The notes under the pieces are model-generated. The model made no database searches. It was not told where the DNA came from and worked only from the letters and a program-made list of their open reading frames with translations. From assembly GCA_965223485.1 (NCBI GenBank), contig OZ244993.1:2089527-2153526 (forward strand): 64,000 nucleotides of DNA. Direction: 5' to 3'. The stretch is from Rhodothermales bacterium (GTDB lineage Bacteria; Bacteroidota; Rhodothermia; Rhodothermales; VXPQ01). A program made the translations under genes and the position numbers. This document shows, piece after piece, positions 25,315-34,601 of the stretch. The first letter of the stretch is position 1, and each line of letters starts with the position of its first letter.

Positions 25315-26607
25315 ATGATGAACCCGGATATGATCGACGCTTCGAATCGGGAATATGAGGAAGCTGACGAAGCCTGGCGCAGCGACTACGCGCATCTCGA
25401 CGAGCAATTGCGCCGCCGCGGCCTGGATACCGATGCGGTAGTGGAGCAGGTAGCCGCTTTTGAGGTGGCCGTGCCCTCGTGGGCGCTGGGGACCGGCGGC
25501 ACGCGGTTCGGGCGTTTTCCGGGCCGGGGCGAGCCGCGCGACATATTTGAAAAAATGCAGGACGTGTCCGTCGTGCGCCGGCTCACCGGTGCGGCTTCGT
25601 GGATATCGCTCCATATTCCCTGGGACGAACCCGACGACCCCGAGGCCCTGCGCGAACAGGCTGCCGCTCTTGGGGTGGGGTTCGATGCGGTCAATTCGAA
25701 CACGTTTCAGGATCAGGCCGGCCAGGCGTCCAGCTACAAGTTCGGATCGTTCCGGCACACGGACGCCGCAGTGCGCAAGCAGGCGGTGGCGCACAATGTG
25801 CATGTGATTGAAGTGGGCGCCGCGCTGGGTTCGAAAGCGCTGACGATCTGGCTCGGGGATGGGGCCAATTATCCCGGACAGATGCATCTGCGCAGAGCCT
25901 GGGAGCGGGTGCGGGATTGCCTGGCGGACGTGTACGAGGCGATGCCTTCGGACTGGAACCTGTTCATCGAACACAAGCCGTTCGAACCGGCGTTCTACGC
26001 CACGGTGGTGGCCGACTGGGGGTCGTCGCTCATGCTGGCGCGAGAGACCGGGGCGCGGGCGTCGTGTCTGGTCGATCTGGGGCACCATCTGCCGAATGTG
26101 AATGTCGAGCAGGTAGTGGCGCGTCTCATCACGGCGGGCAGGCTGGGCGGGTTCCATTTCAACGATGCGAAGTACGGGGACGACGATCTCACGGTCGGGT
26201 CGATTAAGCCCTACCAGTTGTTTCTCGTATTCAACGAGTTGGCGGATGCGCTTGCGGACGGCGCCCTGCCCGCGTATCCTTCCTGCATGATCGACCAGAG
26301 TCATAACGTGAAGGATCCGATCGAGGCGCTTCTGCAAACGGTGGACCGGCTGCAGAAATCCTGGGCCCGCGCGTTGATCGTGCGGCGCGATGCGCTGGCG
26401 CATTACCAGGAAACGAACGATGTGCTGATGGCCGAGGAGACGCTCCGGGAGGCCTACGAAACGGATGTGAGCGCGCTGGCGGCGGCGGCCCGCAAACGCC
26501 TTGGGGGCGCCATCGACCCCATCGCGGCGTTCCGGGCCTCGCAGTACCGGGAGCAGGTTTCCGAGGCGCGTACCGGCGCTGCGTACGTTCCGCCCCAAAG
26601 CCTTTGA
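25315..26607 (+). CDS. rhaI: L-rhamnose isomerase, RhaI (Pseudomonas stutzeri/actinobacterial) type
   Basis: It is collinear with the RhaI family: VPSWALGTGGTRFGRFPGRGEPRDIFEK, LHIPWD, GFDAVNSNTFQD, IWLGDGANYPGQ, EHKPFEPAFYATVV, CLVDLGHH, GGFHFNDAKYGDDDL, MIDQSHNVKDPIE. The start is taken at MMNPD, inside track ORF 25144. Confidence 0.9.
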   Translation: MMNPDMIDASNREYEEADEAWRSDYAHLDEQLRRRGLDTDAVVEQVAAFEVAVPSWALGTGGTRFGRFPGRGEPRDIFEKMQDVSVVRRLTGAASWISLHIPWDEPDDPEALREQAAALGVGFDAVNSNTFQDQAGQASSYKFGSFRHTDAAVRKQAVAHNVHVIEVGAALGSKALTIWLGDGANYPGQMHLRRAWERVRDCLADVYEAMPSDWNLFIEHKPFEPAFYATVVADWGSSLMLARETGARASCLVDLGHHLPNVNVEQVVARLITAGRLGGFHFNDAKYGDDDLTVGSIKPYQLFLVFNELADALADGALPAYPSCMIDQSHNVKDPIEALLQTVDRLQKSWARALIVRRDALAHYQETNDVLMAEETLREAYETDVSALAAAARKRLGGAIDPIAAFRASQYREQVSEARTGAAYVPPQSL

Positions 26608-26635
26608 TCGGATACGGACGCACACAGGAGCGCCT

Positions 26636-28039
26636 ATGCGGAAACGGGCACAACATATGCTTGCCGTGGACCTCGGCGCTGCGAGTGGGCGCGTCGTGCT
26701 GGGACGGTTCGACGGAGAGTGCATGGAGATGCGGGAGGTGCACCGTTTCGGGACGCCCATCGTGGAGGAAGATGGGCATATCCGGTGGGACATCCACGCC
26801 ATCGAGGAGGAGATAGGGATCGGGCTGAGGGCGGCGCTTGCCGAGGCGCCCGGGGTTCGGTCGGTTTCCGTGGACTCGTGGGGCGTCGATTACGTATCGC
26901 TCGATGCGGGTGGCTGCCCGATGCGTTTGCCGTATTGCTACCGGGATCATCACCTCGACGGGGTGATGGAAAAGGTGTTTGAAACGGCCCCGCCGGAGGA
27001 GATATACGAACGCACCGGCATTTATTTTTTGCCGTTCAATACGCTGTACCAGTGGGTAGCCGACCGCGAAGAAGATGCGCAGGCGGCGCATTGCCTCACG
27101 ATGGCCGATTATTTCAACCACCGGCTTGGGGGCAGGCGGGCTATCGAAGCGTCGCTGGCCAGCACCACGCAGATGGTGGATGTACATACGAGGCAGTGGG
27201 CGACCCCGCTCATGCGAAAGCTTGGCCTCGATCCCGTCCGGTGGCCCGAAATCGTTCCGTCGGGCACGATCCTCGGGTCGGTGCATGGCCATCCGGACAT
27301 CGCTGTCGTGGCCACATGCAGCCACGATACGGCGCTGGCTGTAGCGGCCGCTCCGGCGGTCGATCCGGACGCGGCATGGGCCTACATCAGTTGCGGGACC
27401 TGGTCGCTTTTCGGGGTGGAACGCGCTACGCCCGTCGTGACGTCCGAGGCGCTCGCCGCCGGGTTCACGAACGAGGCGGGGCTGGACGGCTCCATCCGGT
27501 TGCTGAAGAACCTGACCGGGCTGTGGGTGTTACAGGAATGCGCCCGCGAATGGCGTGGCGTGGCATGGGATGCATTACAGGAGGAGGCCCGCGCGGCGCC
27601 CTCTATGGGAGTCGTGGTGGATCTGGAGGATCCGCGCTTTTTGCACCGGGACGGCATGGAGGAACGTCTGCTGGATGCCCTGCGCGAAAACGGATCGCCG
27701 CTTCCGGCGTCGCGCGGCGCGTTGTGCCGCCTGATCGTGGAGAGCATTGCGGACAGTTACCGCCGGGCGCTCGCCGATCTGGAACGGGTGACGGGGCAAG
27801 GCATCGACGTTCTGCACCTCATGGGCGGCGGGGCGCAGAACAGCCTGCTGTGCGCATTGACGGCACAGGCGTGCAACCGGCCCGTGGTGGCCGGCCCCGT
27901 CGAGGCGACGGCGCTTGGGAACGTGCTGATCCAGCTCAGGACGCTGGGCGCCCTGCCGCAGGGCGTTTCCCTGCGCGATGTGTCCGCCCGGTCCTGCAAC
28001 GTGCGTACGTATACCCCAACCGGCCAGGTATCTCCATAA
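26636..28039 (+). CDS. rhaB: Rhamnulokinase (FGGY family)
   Basis: MLAVDLGAASGRVVLG.., SVDSWGVDYV, and the C-terminal HLMGGGAQNSLLCALTAQACNRPVVAGPVEATALGN match the family. Its position between rhaI and the aldolase supports the call. Confidence 0.85.
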   Translation: MRKRAQHMLAVDLGAASGRVVLGRFDGECMEMREVHRFGTPIVEEDGHIRWDIHAIEEEIGIGLRAALAEAPGVRSVSVDSWGVDYVSLDAGGCPMRLPYCYRDHHLDGVMEKVFETAPPEEIYERTGIYFLPFNTLYQWVADREEDAQAAHCLTMADYFNHRLGGRRAIEASLASTTQMVDVHTRQWATPLMRKLGLDPVRWPEIVPSGTILGSVHGHPDIAVVATCSHDTALAVAAAPAVDPDAAWAYISCGTWSLFGVERATPVVTSEALAAGFTNEAGLDGSIRLLKNLTGLWVLQECAREWRGVAWDALQEEARAAPSMGVVVDLEDPRFLHRDGMEERLLDALRENGSPLPASRGALCRLIVESIADSYRRALADLERVTGQGIDVLHLMGGGAQNSLLCALTAQACNRPVVAGPVEATALGNVLIQLRTLGALPQGVSLRDVSARSCNVRTYTPTGQVSP

Positions 28040-28066
28040 GTGCCTCCACAGTATCTTCACAATGTT

Positions 28067-30226
28067 ATGAACAACGCTTCCGAATCCCCGAATTTCCTGC
28101 ATGTGGAGGACAAGTGGGACGAGGCCGTTGCCGCCGGGCTGGACGGGCTGGGCCGCCTCGTGTATCGCTCGAATCTGCTGGGTAGTGATCTGCGCTTCAC
28201 GAATACCGGGGGCGGCAACACGTCGTCGAAGATCATGGAGCGGGATCCCGTTACGGGCGAGGAGGTGGAGGTGTTGTGGGTCAAGGGGTCCGGCGGCGAC
28301 CTGGGCTCCGCAGGGAGGGAAAATTTCTCTTCCCTGTACCAGCAGAAACTGCTTGCCCTGCAGGAGACCTATGCGCGATTCCCCGACCGGGGCCTGAAGA
28401 CGCAGGCAGAGGACGCCATGCCTGCGATGTACGCGCATGCCGTTTTCAATCTGAACCGGCGGGCGCCCAGCATCGACACCCCCTTGCACGGGTTCGTGCC
28501 GTATCGGCATGTGGATCACATGCACCCGGTGGCCGCGATCGCGATCGCCACGGCGGAAAACGGCCCCGAGTTGACGCGCGAGGCGTACCGCGACGAGGTG
28601 GTATGGGTGGACTGGAAACGGCCCGGTTTCGAGTTGGGCCTCGACATGCAGCGCGTTTGCGAGGAATACCCGGAGGCGAAGGGGGTGATGCTGGGCGGCC
28701 ACGGCCTCATCAACTGGGCCGACGACGACCGGGAATGCTACTTGCTCACGCTGCGCCTGATGGATCGGGCAGAGCAGTTTGTGGCCGAGCGGGCCGGAAA
28801 CACCCCGTTCGGAGGGGCAAGGTACGAGGCGCTTTCCGAGGCGGAGCGCAACGCCGTGCTGGCTGATCTGCTGCCCTGGCTGCGCGGGCGGCTGAGCCGG
28901 GACCGGAAGGCAGTCGCTACGGTCGATACGTCGAAGGAGGTGCTCCAATTCGTGAACTCCGGCGAGGCTGCCCGGCTCGCCGAGCTGGGCACGTCGTGCC
29001 CCGATCACTTTCTGCGCACGAAAATCAAGCCGTTGTACGTGGACCGGCATCCCGCGGACGGTAGTTCCGACGCGCTTCGGGAGCATCTCGACGAAGCGCT
29101 GGCCGGCTACGCGGACGACTACGCGGCCTATTACGAGGCGTGCCGCCACCCGGATTCTCCGGCGATGCGCAGCGCCCTGCCGTCGGTGTTGCTTCTGCCG
29201 GGCATTGGCATGATCGGGTGGGGCAAGACCGGACGCGAGAGCCGTCTCGCTGCGGAGTTCTATGCTTCCGCCATAGAGGTCATGCGCGGCGCGGAAGCGA
29301 TCGGGACGTATACGGCGCTGCCCCGGCAGGAAGCCTTCGATATCGAATACTGGGCGCTGGAGGAGGCGAAATTGCAGCGTATGCCTCCCGAGAAAGAACT
29401 GGCGCGCGAGGTGGCGGTGGTCGTGGGGGCAGGCAGCGGGATCGGGGCCGCAGTGGCGCAGCGTCTTGCGGACGAGGGGGCGGTGGTGGCGGTGGTCGAT
29501 CTGGACGAAAGCGCCGCCCGCGCCACGGCGCTTGAGATGATGCGTCGCACGGGTACGGATGATGTGCTTGCTTTTGGCGCCGATGTAACGGACCGGGCGT
29601 CGGTGCGCGGGGCGTTGCAGCATGTGGTGCTTGCCTGTGGGGGGATAGACCATGTGGTGGTCACGGCCGGGCTGTATCCGACGCCGGACGCCGGGGGAAA
29701 TATCTCTGATGCGGCCTGGGCCAATGCGTTCGGCGTAAACGTGACCGGCTCCTGGATCGTGGCGGACGAGGCGGCCCGGATATGGTCGGCGCAGGACCTG
29801 CCGGGGAGCCTCGTACTGACGACCAGCGCCAATGCCGTCGTCGTCAAGTCGGGAAGCCTTGCGTACGACGCGAGCAAGGCCGCCGTAAATCATCTTGTGC
29901 GCGAACTGGCCATGCGGCTGGCGCCGAAGATTCGCGTCAACGCCGTGGCGCCGGCGACGGTCCTCGATGGGAGCGCCATGTTTCCGAGGGACCGCGTCAT
30001 AGCCTCGCTGGCTCGTTACGGGTTGCCCTGCGAGGAGCATGAGGATACGGAAACGCTGCGCCGCCGGCTGGCAGGTTTTTACGCAAAACGCACGCTCACC
30101 CGGCAGGCCATTGGCGTCGGGGATCAGGCCGAGGCCGTTTTTCTGCTGGCGAGCCGCCGTCTGGGCAAGACCACCGGGCAGATCCTTCAAGTGGACGGCG
30201 GGCTGCCGGAGGCATTCCTGCGATGA
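28067..30226 (+). CDS. rhaEW: Bifunctional rhamnulose-1-phosphate aldolase / lactaldehyde dehydrogenase (class II aldolase-adducin domain plus SDR domain), RhaEW type
   Basis: The N-terminal half reads YRSNLLGSDLRFTNTGGGNTSSK..VDHMHP. The C-terminal half is SDR (VVVGAGSGIGAAVAQRLADEGAVVAVVD, ..YDASKAAVNHL..). A GTG at 28040 is an alternative start. Confidence 0.85.
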   Translation: MNNASESPNFLHVEDKWDEAVAAGLDGLGRLVYRSNLLGSDLRFTNTGGGNTSSKIMERDPVTGEEVEVLWVKGSGGDLGSAGRENFSSLYQQKLLALQETYARFPDRGLKTQAEDAMPAMYAHAVFNLNRRAPSIDTPLHGFVPYRHVDHMHPVAAIAIATAENGPELTREAYRDEVVWVDWKRPGFELGLDMQRVCEEYPEAKGVMLGGHGLINWADDDRECYLLTLRLMDRAEQFVAERAGNTPFGGARYEALSEAERNAVLADLLPWLRGRLSRDRKAVATVDTSKEVLQFVNSGEAARLAELGTSCPDHFLRTKIKPLYVDRHPADGSSDALREHLDEALAGYADDYAAYYEACRHPDSPAMRSALPSVLLLPGIGMIGWGKTGRESRLAAEFYASAIEVMRGAEAIGTYTALPRQEAFDIEYWALEEAKLQRMPPEKELAREVAVVVGAGSGIGAAVAQRLADEGAVVAVVDLDESAARATALEMMRRTGTDDVLAFGADVTDRASVRGALQHVVLACGGIDHVVVTAGLYPTPDAGGNISDAAWANAFGVNVTGSWIVADEAARIWSAQDLPGSLVLTTSANAVVVKSGSLAYDASKAAVNHLVRELAMRLAPKIRVNAVAPATVLDGSAMFPRDRVIASLARYGLPCEEHEDTETLRRRLAGFYAKRTLTRQAIGVGDQAEAVFLLASRRLGKTTGQILQVDGGLPEAFLR

Positions 30227-30951
30227 AGGTCGGCCTGTTCGTTCCCTGTTATATCGACCAGTTCTACTCGCAGGTGGCCGTGGCGACGCTCGAACTGCTG
30301 GAGCGTCTCGGATGCGATGTGGCGTATCCCCGTGACCAGACGTGCTGCGGCCAGCCGATGGCGAATGCCGGGTGCGCGGAGGACGCCGAGGCGACGCACC
30401 GGCATGCGGCGGCCTGCTTCCGGGAATTCGACTATGTGGTGGGGCCGTCGGGGAGTTGTGTGCTGCATCTCCGGGAGCATGTCGAGCAGGCGGCAGCCGT
30501 CCGTTATTACGAATTGTGCCAGTTTCTTGTGGAAGTGTTGCAGGTGGACCGCCTGGATGCGTCCTTTTCTTGTCGAGTGGGTCTGCATGCCTCCTGCCAT
30601 GGGCTCCGGGGGTTGCGTCTGGCGAGTTCGTCGGAGCGCCGCGAGCCGCCGTTCGATCACGTGGCGCGCCTTCTGGATATGGTGGACGGGCTGGAACTGG
30701 TCGGGTTGAGTCGCCCGGACGAATGTTGCGGCTTCGGGGGAGTGTTCGCGGTACAGGAAGAGGCGGTTTCTGTCCGGATGGGCGCCGATCGTCTCGACGA
30801 CCACTTGCGGCATGGCGCCGAGGTCATCACGGGCGCCGATATGTCCTGTCTGATGCACCTCGATGGGCTCATTCGTCGCCAGGACATGCCGCTGCGGGTG
30901 CTTCATGTGGCCGAGATTCTGAACGGAAGTGCGGAGGCGAATCATGCATGA
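30223..30951 (+). CDS. lutA: Lactate utilisation protein A (Fe-S oxidoreductase, CCG domains)
   Basis: MKVGLFVPCYIDQFYSQVAVATLELLERLGCDVAYPRDQTCCGQP, with a second CCG-type block ECCGFGG. Confidence 0.85.
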   Translation: MKVGLFVPCYIDQFYSQVAVATLELLERLGCDVAYPRDQTCCGQPMANAGCAEDAEATHRHAAACFREFDYVVGPSGSCVLHLREHVEQAAAVRYYELCQFLVEVLQVDRLDASFSCRVGLHASCHGLRGLRLASSSERREPPFDHVARLLDMVDGLELVGLSRPDECCGFGGVFAVQEEAVSVRMGADRLDDHLRHGAEVITGADMSCLMHLDGLIRRQDMPLRVLHVAEILNGSAEANHA

Positions 30952-32341
30952 GGCTGCACAGAACGCCGGTCCCGTCGATCACTCCGACCGGGCGGCACGC
31001 TTCATTGCCAATGAAGAGCAGGCAACCTGGCACGATTCCGTACTCTGGCACATCCGCGAAAAGCGTGATGCGGTTTCCGGGAGCGTGGAAGGGTGGGAGC
31101 GGCTGCGCGACCTGGCCTCGCAGATCAAGGAGCACACGCTGTCGAAGCTGGACGAGTATCTGATCGAGTTCGAGGAATGCGCAACGGCGAACGGCGTGCA
31201 GGTCCACTGGGCTGCGGACGCCGAGGCGCACAATCGTATCGTGTACGACTTGCTCGAAGCGCGGGGCGTCCGCCGCGTGGTCAAGAGCAAGTCCATGCTG
31301 ACGGAGGAATGCGGTCTGAACCCGTATCTCGAAGCGCGCGGCCTCGAGGTCGTGGATACGGATCTTGGCGAACGCATCGTGCAGCTCAGGGAGGAGCCTC
31401 CCAGCCATCTCGTGGCGCCGGCGATCCATGTCCGGCGGGAGGAGATTTCCGTCCTGTTCCACGAGAAGCTGGGCACGCCCGCCGGATCGTCCGATCCTCA
31501 GTTTCTGGCCGGGGCCATGCGCCAGGATATGCGCGCCCGCTTCCTGGCCGCCGATGCCGCGATCACGGGCGTCAATTTCGCTGTGGCCGCCACCGGCGGA
31601 CTGGTAGTGGTAACCAACGAGGGAAATGCGGACCTGGGGGTACATCTGGCGCCGGTGCACATTGCCTGCATGGGCATCGAGAAACTCATCCCGAAACCGG
31701 AGCATCTCGGCGTTTTCCTGCGTCTGCTGGCCCGCAGCGCCACAGGCCAGCCCCTTTCCATCTACACGTCGCATTTTCACCGTCCGGCGCCGGGCCGCGA
31801 ACTCCATATTGTGCTCGTGGACAACGGGCGCACGCGCCACCTGGCGCGGGAGGATTTTCGCGCTTCGCTCAAGTGCATACGGTGCGGGGCCTGCCTGAAT
31901 ACGTGCCCGGTATACCGGCGCAGCGGCGGCCACAGCTACGGAGCCACGCCGTCCGGTCCGATCGGGGCGATTCTGGCGCCCGGCACAGATATGAAGAAAT
32001 ACGCTGCGCTGCCGTTTGCCTCGTCCCTTTGCGGGTCGTGCAGCGACGTATGCCCGGTCAAGATCGATATCCATGCTCAGCTATACCGGTGGCGGGAGGT
32101 TGCGGTGCGCGAAGGGCATATTTCCCGGGGCAAGCGTCTGGGGATGAAACTGACCGGATGGATTACCAGTAGGCCGGCCCGGTACCGACTGGCGGGTCGG
32201 TTGGCCCGGAGCCTGCTGCGGTATGCGCCGCGCCGCCTGCTCTACGGGCGCTGGAATGCCTGGGGACGGGCGCGGGAGCTTCCGGAACATCCCGCCCGGT
32301 CGTTTGGCGAATGGTATGCCGCTGAGCGGGGGAAGGAATGA
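30944..32341 (+). CDS. lutB: Lactate utilisation protein B (4Fe-4S, LUD domain)
   Basis: CIRCGACLNTCPVYRRSGGHSYG..GPIGAIL and CGSCSDVCPVKIDI match the family. ATG 30944 overlaps the lutA stop; the track start is 30929. Confidence 0.85.
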   Translation: MHEAAQNAGPVDHSDRAARFIANEEQATWHDSVLWHIREKRDAVSGSVEGWERLRDLASQIKEHTLSKLDEYLIEFEECATANGVQVHWAADAEAHNRIVYDLLEARGVRRVVKSKSMLTEECGLNPYLEARGLEVVDTDLGERIVQLREEPPSHLVAPAIHVRREEISVLFHEKLGTPAGSSDPQFLAGAMRQDMRARFLAADAAITGVNFAVAATGGLVVVTNEGNADLGVHLAPVHIACMGIEKLIPKPEHLGVFLRLLARSATGQPLSIYTSHFHRPAPGRELHIVLVDNGRTRHLAREDFRASLKCIRCGACLNTCPVYRRSGGHSYGATPSGPIGAILAPGTDMKKYAALPFASSLCGSCSDVCPVKIDIHAQLYRWREVAVREGHISRGKRLGMKLTGWITSRPARYRLAGRLARSLLRYAPRRLLYGRWNAWGRARELPEHPARSFGEWYAAERGKE

Positions 32342-32430
32342 AGCGGCAGAACGATCATACCACCCGGTCGTTTGGTGAATGGTATGCTGCTGAGCGGAGG
32401 AAGGCATGAAGCGAAAGGACGATCATACCA
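32295..32430 (+). repeat. 68-bp tandem duplication spanning the lutB-stop/lutC-start junction
   Basis: Units lie at 32295-32362 and 32363-32430 and differ at about 7 positions. Each unit contains an ATGA start/stop overlap (32338-41 and 32406-09). Confidence 0.9.
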
Positions 32431-33113
32431 CCCGGAACAGGGCAGGGAACGGAACGCAAGAAGGATTCCACGCCCGCGAAGCCATCCTCGACGCGGTGCG
32501 CCGCGCCAGGCTGCCTGCCGTGCCCCTTCCGTCCATCACCGGCGTCCGGGATGCCGATACCGGCGATCTGGTCTCCCGGTTCATGGCGTCGGTGGAGGCC
32601 GCCGCCGCGGCAGTACAGATCGTGGAAAGGGGAGGGGTAGAAGCGGCTGTGCGGGAGCGGTTCCCGGAGGCTGCCCTCATCGCTACGACGGTTCCGGCGT
32701 GGGCCTTCGACCGGGTGGACGCCCTCACCGATGTGCACACCCTCCCCGACACACCCGCCCTCCCCGACGCGCCCGCCCTCCCCGACACACCCGCCCGCAC
32801 CGACGCGCACACCCTGGCCGGGCTCGACGTACTGGTGTGCCCGGGCGAACTCGGCGTGGCGGAGAACGGGGCCGTATGGCTGGGCGAATCAGGGATGGGA
32901 CCGCGGGCCGCCCCGTTTCTGACGCAGCATCTGGTGCTTGTGCTGGACAGGAGCGCCATCGTGGCGGACATGCACGCAGCATATGATGCCCTCGATGTGG
33001 CCCGGGAAGGTTATGGCGTGTTTGTGGCCGGTCCGTCCAAGACCGCCGACATCGAACAAATGCTGGTTATCGGGGCGCACGGTCCGCGCAGCCTCACCGT
33101 ACTGCTCACATAG
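32406..33113 (+). CDS. lutC: Lactate utilisation protein C (LUD domain)
   Basis: The position after lutAB, the size, and the C-terminal ..LVLVLDRSAIVADMHAAYD..FVAGPSKTADIEQMLVIGAHGPRSLTVLL fit the family. Confidence 0.75.
   Translation: MKRKDDHTTRNRAGNGTQEGFHAREAILDAVRRARLPAVPLPSITGVRDADTGDLVSRFMASVEAAAAAVQIVERGGVEAAVRERFPEAALIATTVPAWAFDRVDALTDVHTLPDTPALPDAPALPDTPARTDAHTLAGLDVLVCPGELGVAENGAVWLGESGMGPRAAPFLTQHLVLVLDRSAIVADMHAAYDALDVAREGYGVFVAGPSKTADIEQMLVIGAHGPRSLTVLLT
32742..32813 (+). repeat. 18-bp tandem repeat x3-4 encoding LPD(T/A)PA inside lutC
   Basis: CTCCCCGACACACCCGCC occurs at 32742, 32760 (variant) and 32778, with a degenerate unit at 32796. Confidence 0.85.
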
Positions 33114-33126
33114 GTAGCGCCTCCCG

Positions 33127-34497
33127 TTACGCCCGGAACGGCGCCAGATGCTTTTCGAAATGCCGCCGGATGCCTTCCCGGTGCGCCTCGGTTTGTTCGG
33201 TGAGCACGGCGTACACCTCGTCGTAGTATTTTTCGAGTACCGCGCCGAACGCCACATGAACGATCTGCCGGGCGTGACGGTCGTCGAGCAGTGTCGGCAG
33301 AGCGCCTTCGTCCACATCCGGGATGCATTCGATGCGCCCGTCGAGGTGGTAACTCTGGCGGTTCGTTGCATAGCCGTCCACGGCCATATCCAGAATGCGG
33401 CGGAAGAGGCCGGGCGCATACGTCGCGATGACGCGCAATGCCTCCAGCCAACTCGTGCCGGATGTTTTGACGTGGACGTAGTCCGGCGTGCGCCGCTGGA
33501 CGGCTGGGTAGATGGCCAGTTTGTCGCTGCCGGAATGCACACTCAGCTTGTAGGGGCCGAGTTCTTCGGCGATGGCGGCATGCATGGCGTAGTCCCTGTC
33601 GAAAGCATCCACATCGCCCACATAATCCACGCCCTTGTAAAAGTCTCCGACGAATCGGGGAGCCAGACCGATGAAGTCGATTCCGAGGCGGTGCAGTTCC
33701 AGCGCAATGAAGCGGTGTTGTTCGGGGGTTGTGGGCGTATCCGTTTCATCGACCGAGACCTCGAGATCGAAGGGGGCTGCGCCGAATCGGCTGCGCAGGT
33801 GTGCATGGAGCCGGGCCGTTTGCGCAAGGGCCAGGCCGTACTTGACGGCGGCTCGCAGGTAGGCCTCTTCAGAGAACGCATCTCCCGACGTTTGTCCGGT
33901 TACATAAAGCCTGCGATGATCCTTCGGGTTGCTTTGGAGGGTATCCCAGGGCAGTTCGGCCAGGTGTTTCCGGAGTGCGGCGGCGTCCTCCGTATCGGCC
34001 GTGGCGCACACATACTGCCCCGGATCGAGCGTGAAGCCGATAAAGCCCGCGTCGATGCACCGGTCGATTTCCCCCTCGGTCTTGACATGGTCGGCGTCGC
34101 AGCCGAATCCGTCCCGGTATCCGGTTTCGACGACGGCCCAGGTCACATCGTCCATCACCTGCTGGGGGCTGCGCCGGGCGCGCGCCATTTCACGCATGGA
34201 TTGCTGCGCAAGGACGGGAAAAAAGCCGCTTTCGCGCAGGTTGCGGAGTGCGTCGAGGTGCCCGGGCGTGGCGATGCCCAGCCGGTCTCCGAACCCGAAG
34301 GATTTACGCAGACCCACGAGTACCGGCGCCGTCCATGGGAGCACTTTTCGAAGGATGTCGGCATTGTGGGCATTGAGCGGGCAGTGTAGCCCGTCCGCGG
34401 CGGCCTCGCCCTGGAATCCGTCCGGTGGCTCCCCGGCAATGTGCAGCAGACGCTCGGCGCCGCGCCGGATGATGGTGAAGGAGTTTTGCGTCGCCAT
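33127..34497 (-). CDS. UxaE-family (tagaturonate/fructuronate epimerase-like) TIM-barrel enzyme
   Basis: FGFGDRLGIATPGH, FPVLAQQSMREM, FGCDADHVK, KLSVHSGSDKLAIYP and HVKTSGTSWLEAL match my memory of the family. The start is taken at MATQNS (34497). The track ORF's upstream extension to 35061 overlaps the aldolase gene. Confidence 0.55.
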   Translation of the reverse strand: MATQNSFTIIRRGAERLLHIAGEPPDGFQGEAAADGLHCPLNAHNADILRKVLPWTAPVLVGLRKSFGFGDRLGIATPGHLDALRNLRESGFFPVLAQQSMREMARARRSPQQVMDDVTWAVVETGYRDGFGCDADHVKTEGEIDRCIDAGFIGFTLDPGQYVCATADTEDAAALRKHLAELPWDTLQSNPKDHRRLYVTGQTSGDAFSEEAYLRAAVKYGLALAQTARLHAHLRSRFGAAPFDLEVSVDETDTPTTPEQHRFIALELHRLGIDFIGLAPRFVGDFYKGVDYVGDVDAFDRDYAMHAAIAEELGPYKLSVHSGSDKLAIYPAVQRRTPDYVHVKTSGTSWLEALRVIATYAPGLFRRILDMAVDGYATNRQSYHLDGRIECIPDVDEGALPTLLDDRHARQIVHVAFGAVLEKYYDEVYAVLTEQTEAHREGIRRHFEKHLAPFRA

Positions 34498-34601
34498 CCG
34501 ATTATTGATTGATTTGCAGGATGAAGTGTGCAAAATGGGCGCAAGGCCGGTGTTTTGCAAATTGCTTGCCCCGATGCAACGCGCCTGGGCGCGCCGGGGC
34601 G

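Noticed and set aside
25054-30190. Long minus-strand ORFs (25054..26802, 26231..27325, 27575..30190) opposite rhaI, rhaB and rhaEW
   Set aside because: They are Arg/Pro/Gly-rich antisense frames with no domain signatures. The plus-strand genes match well-known families end to end.
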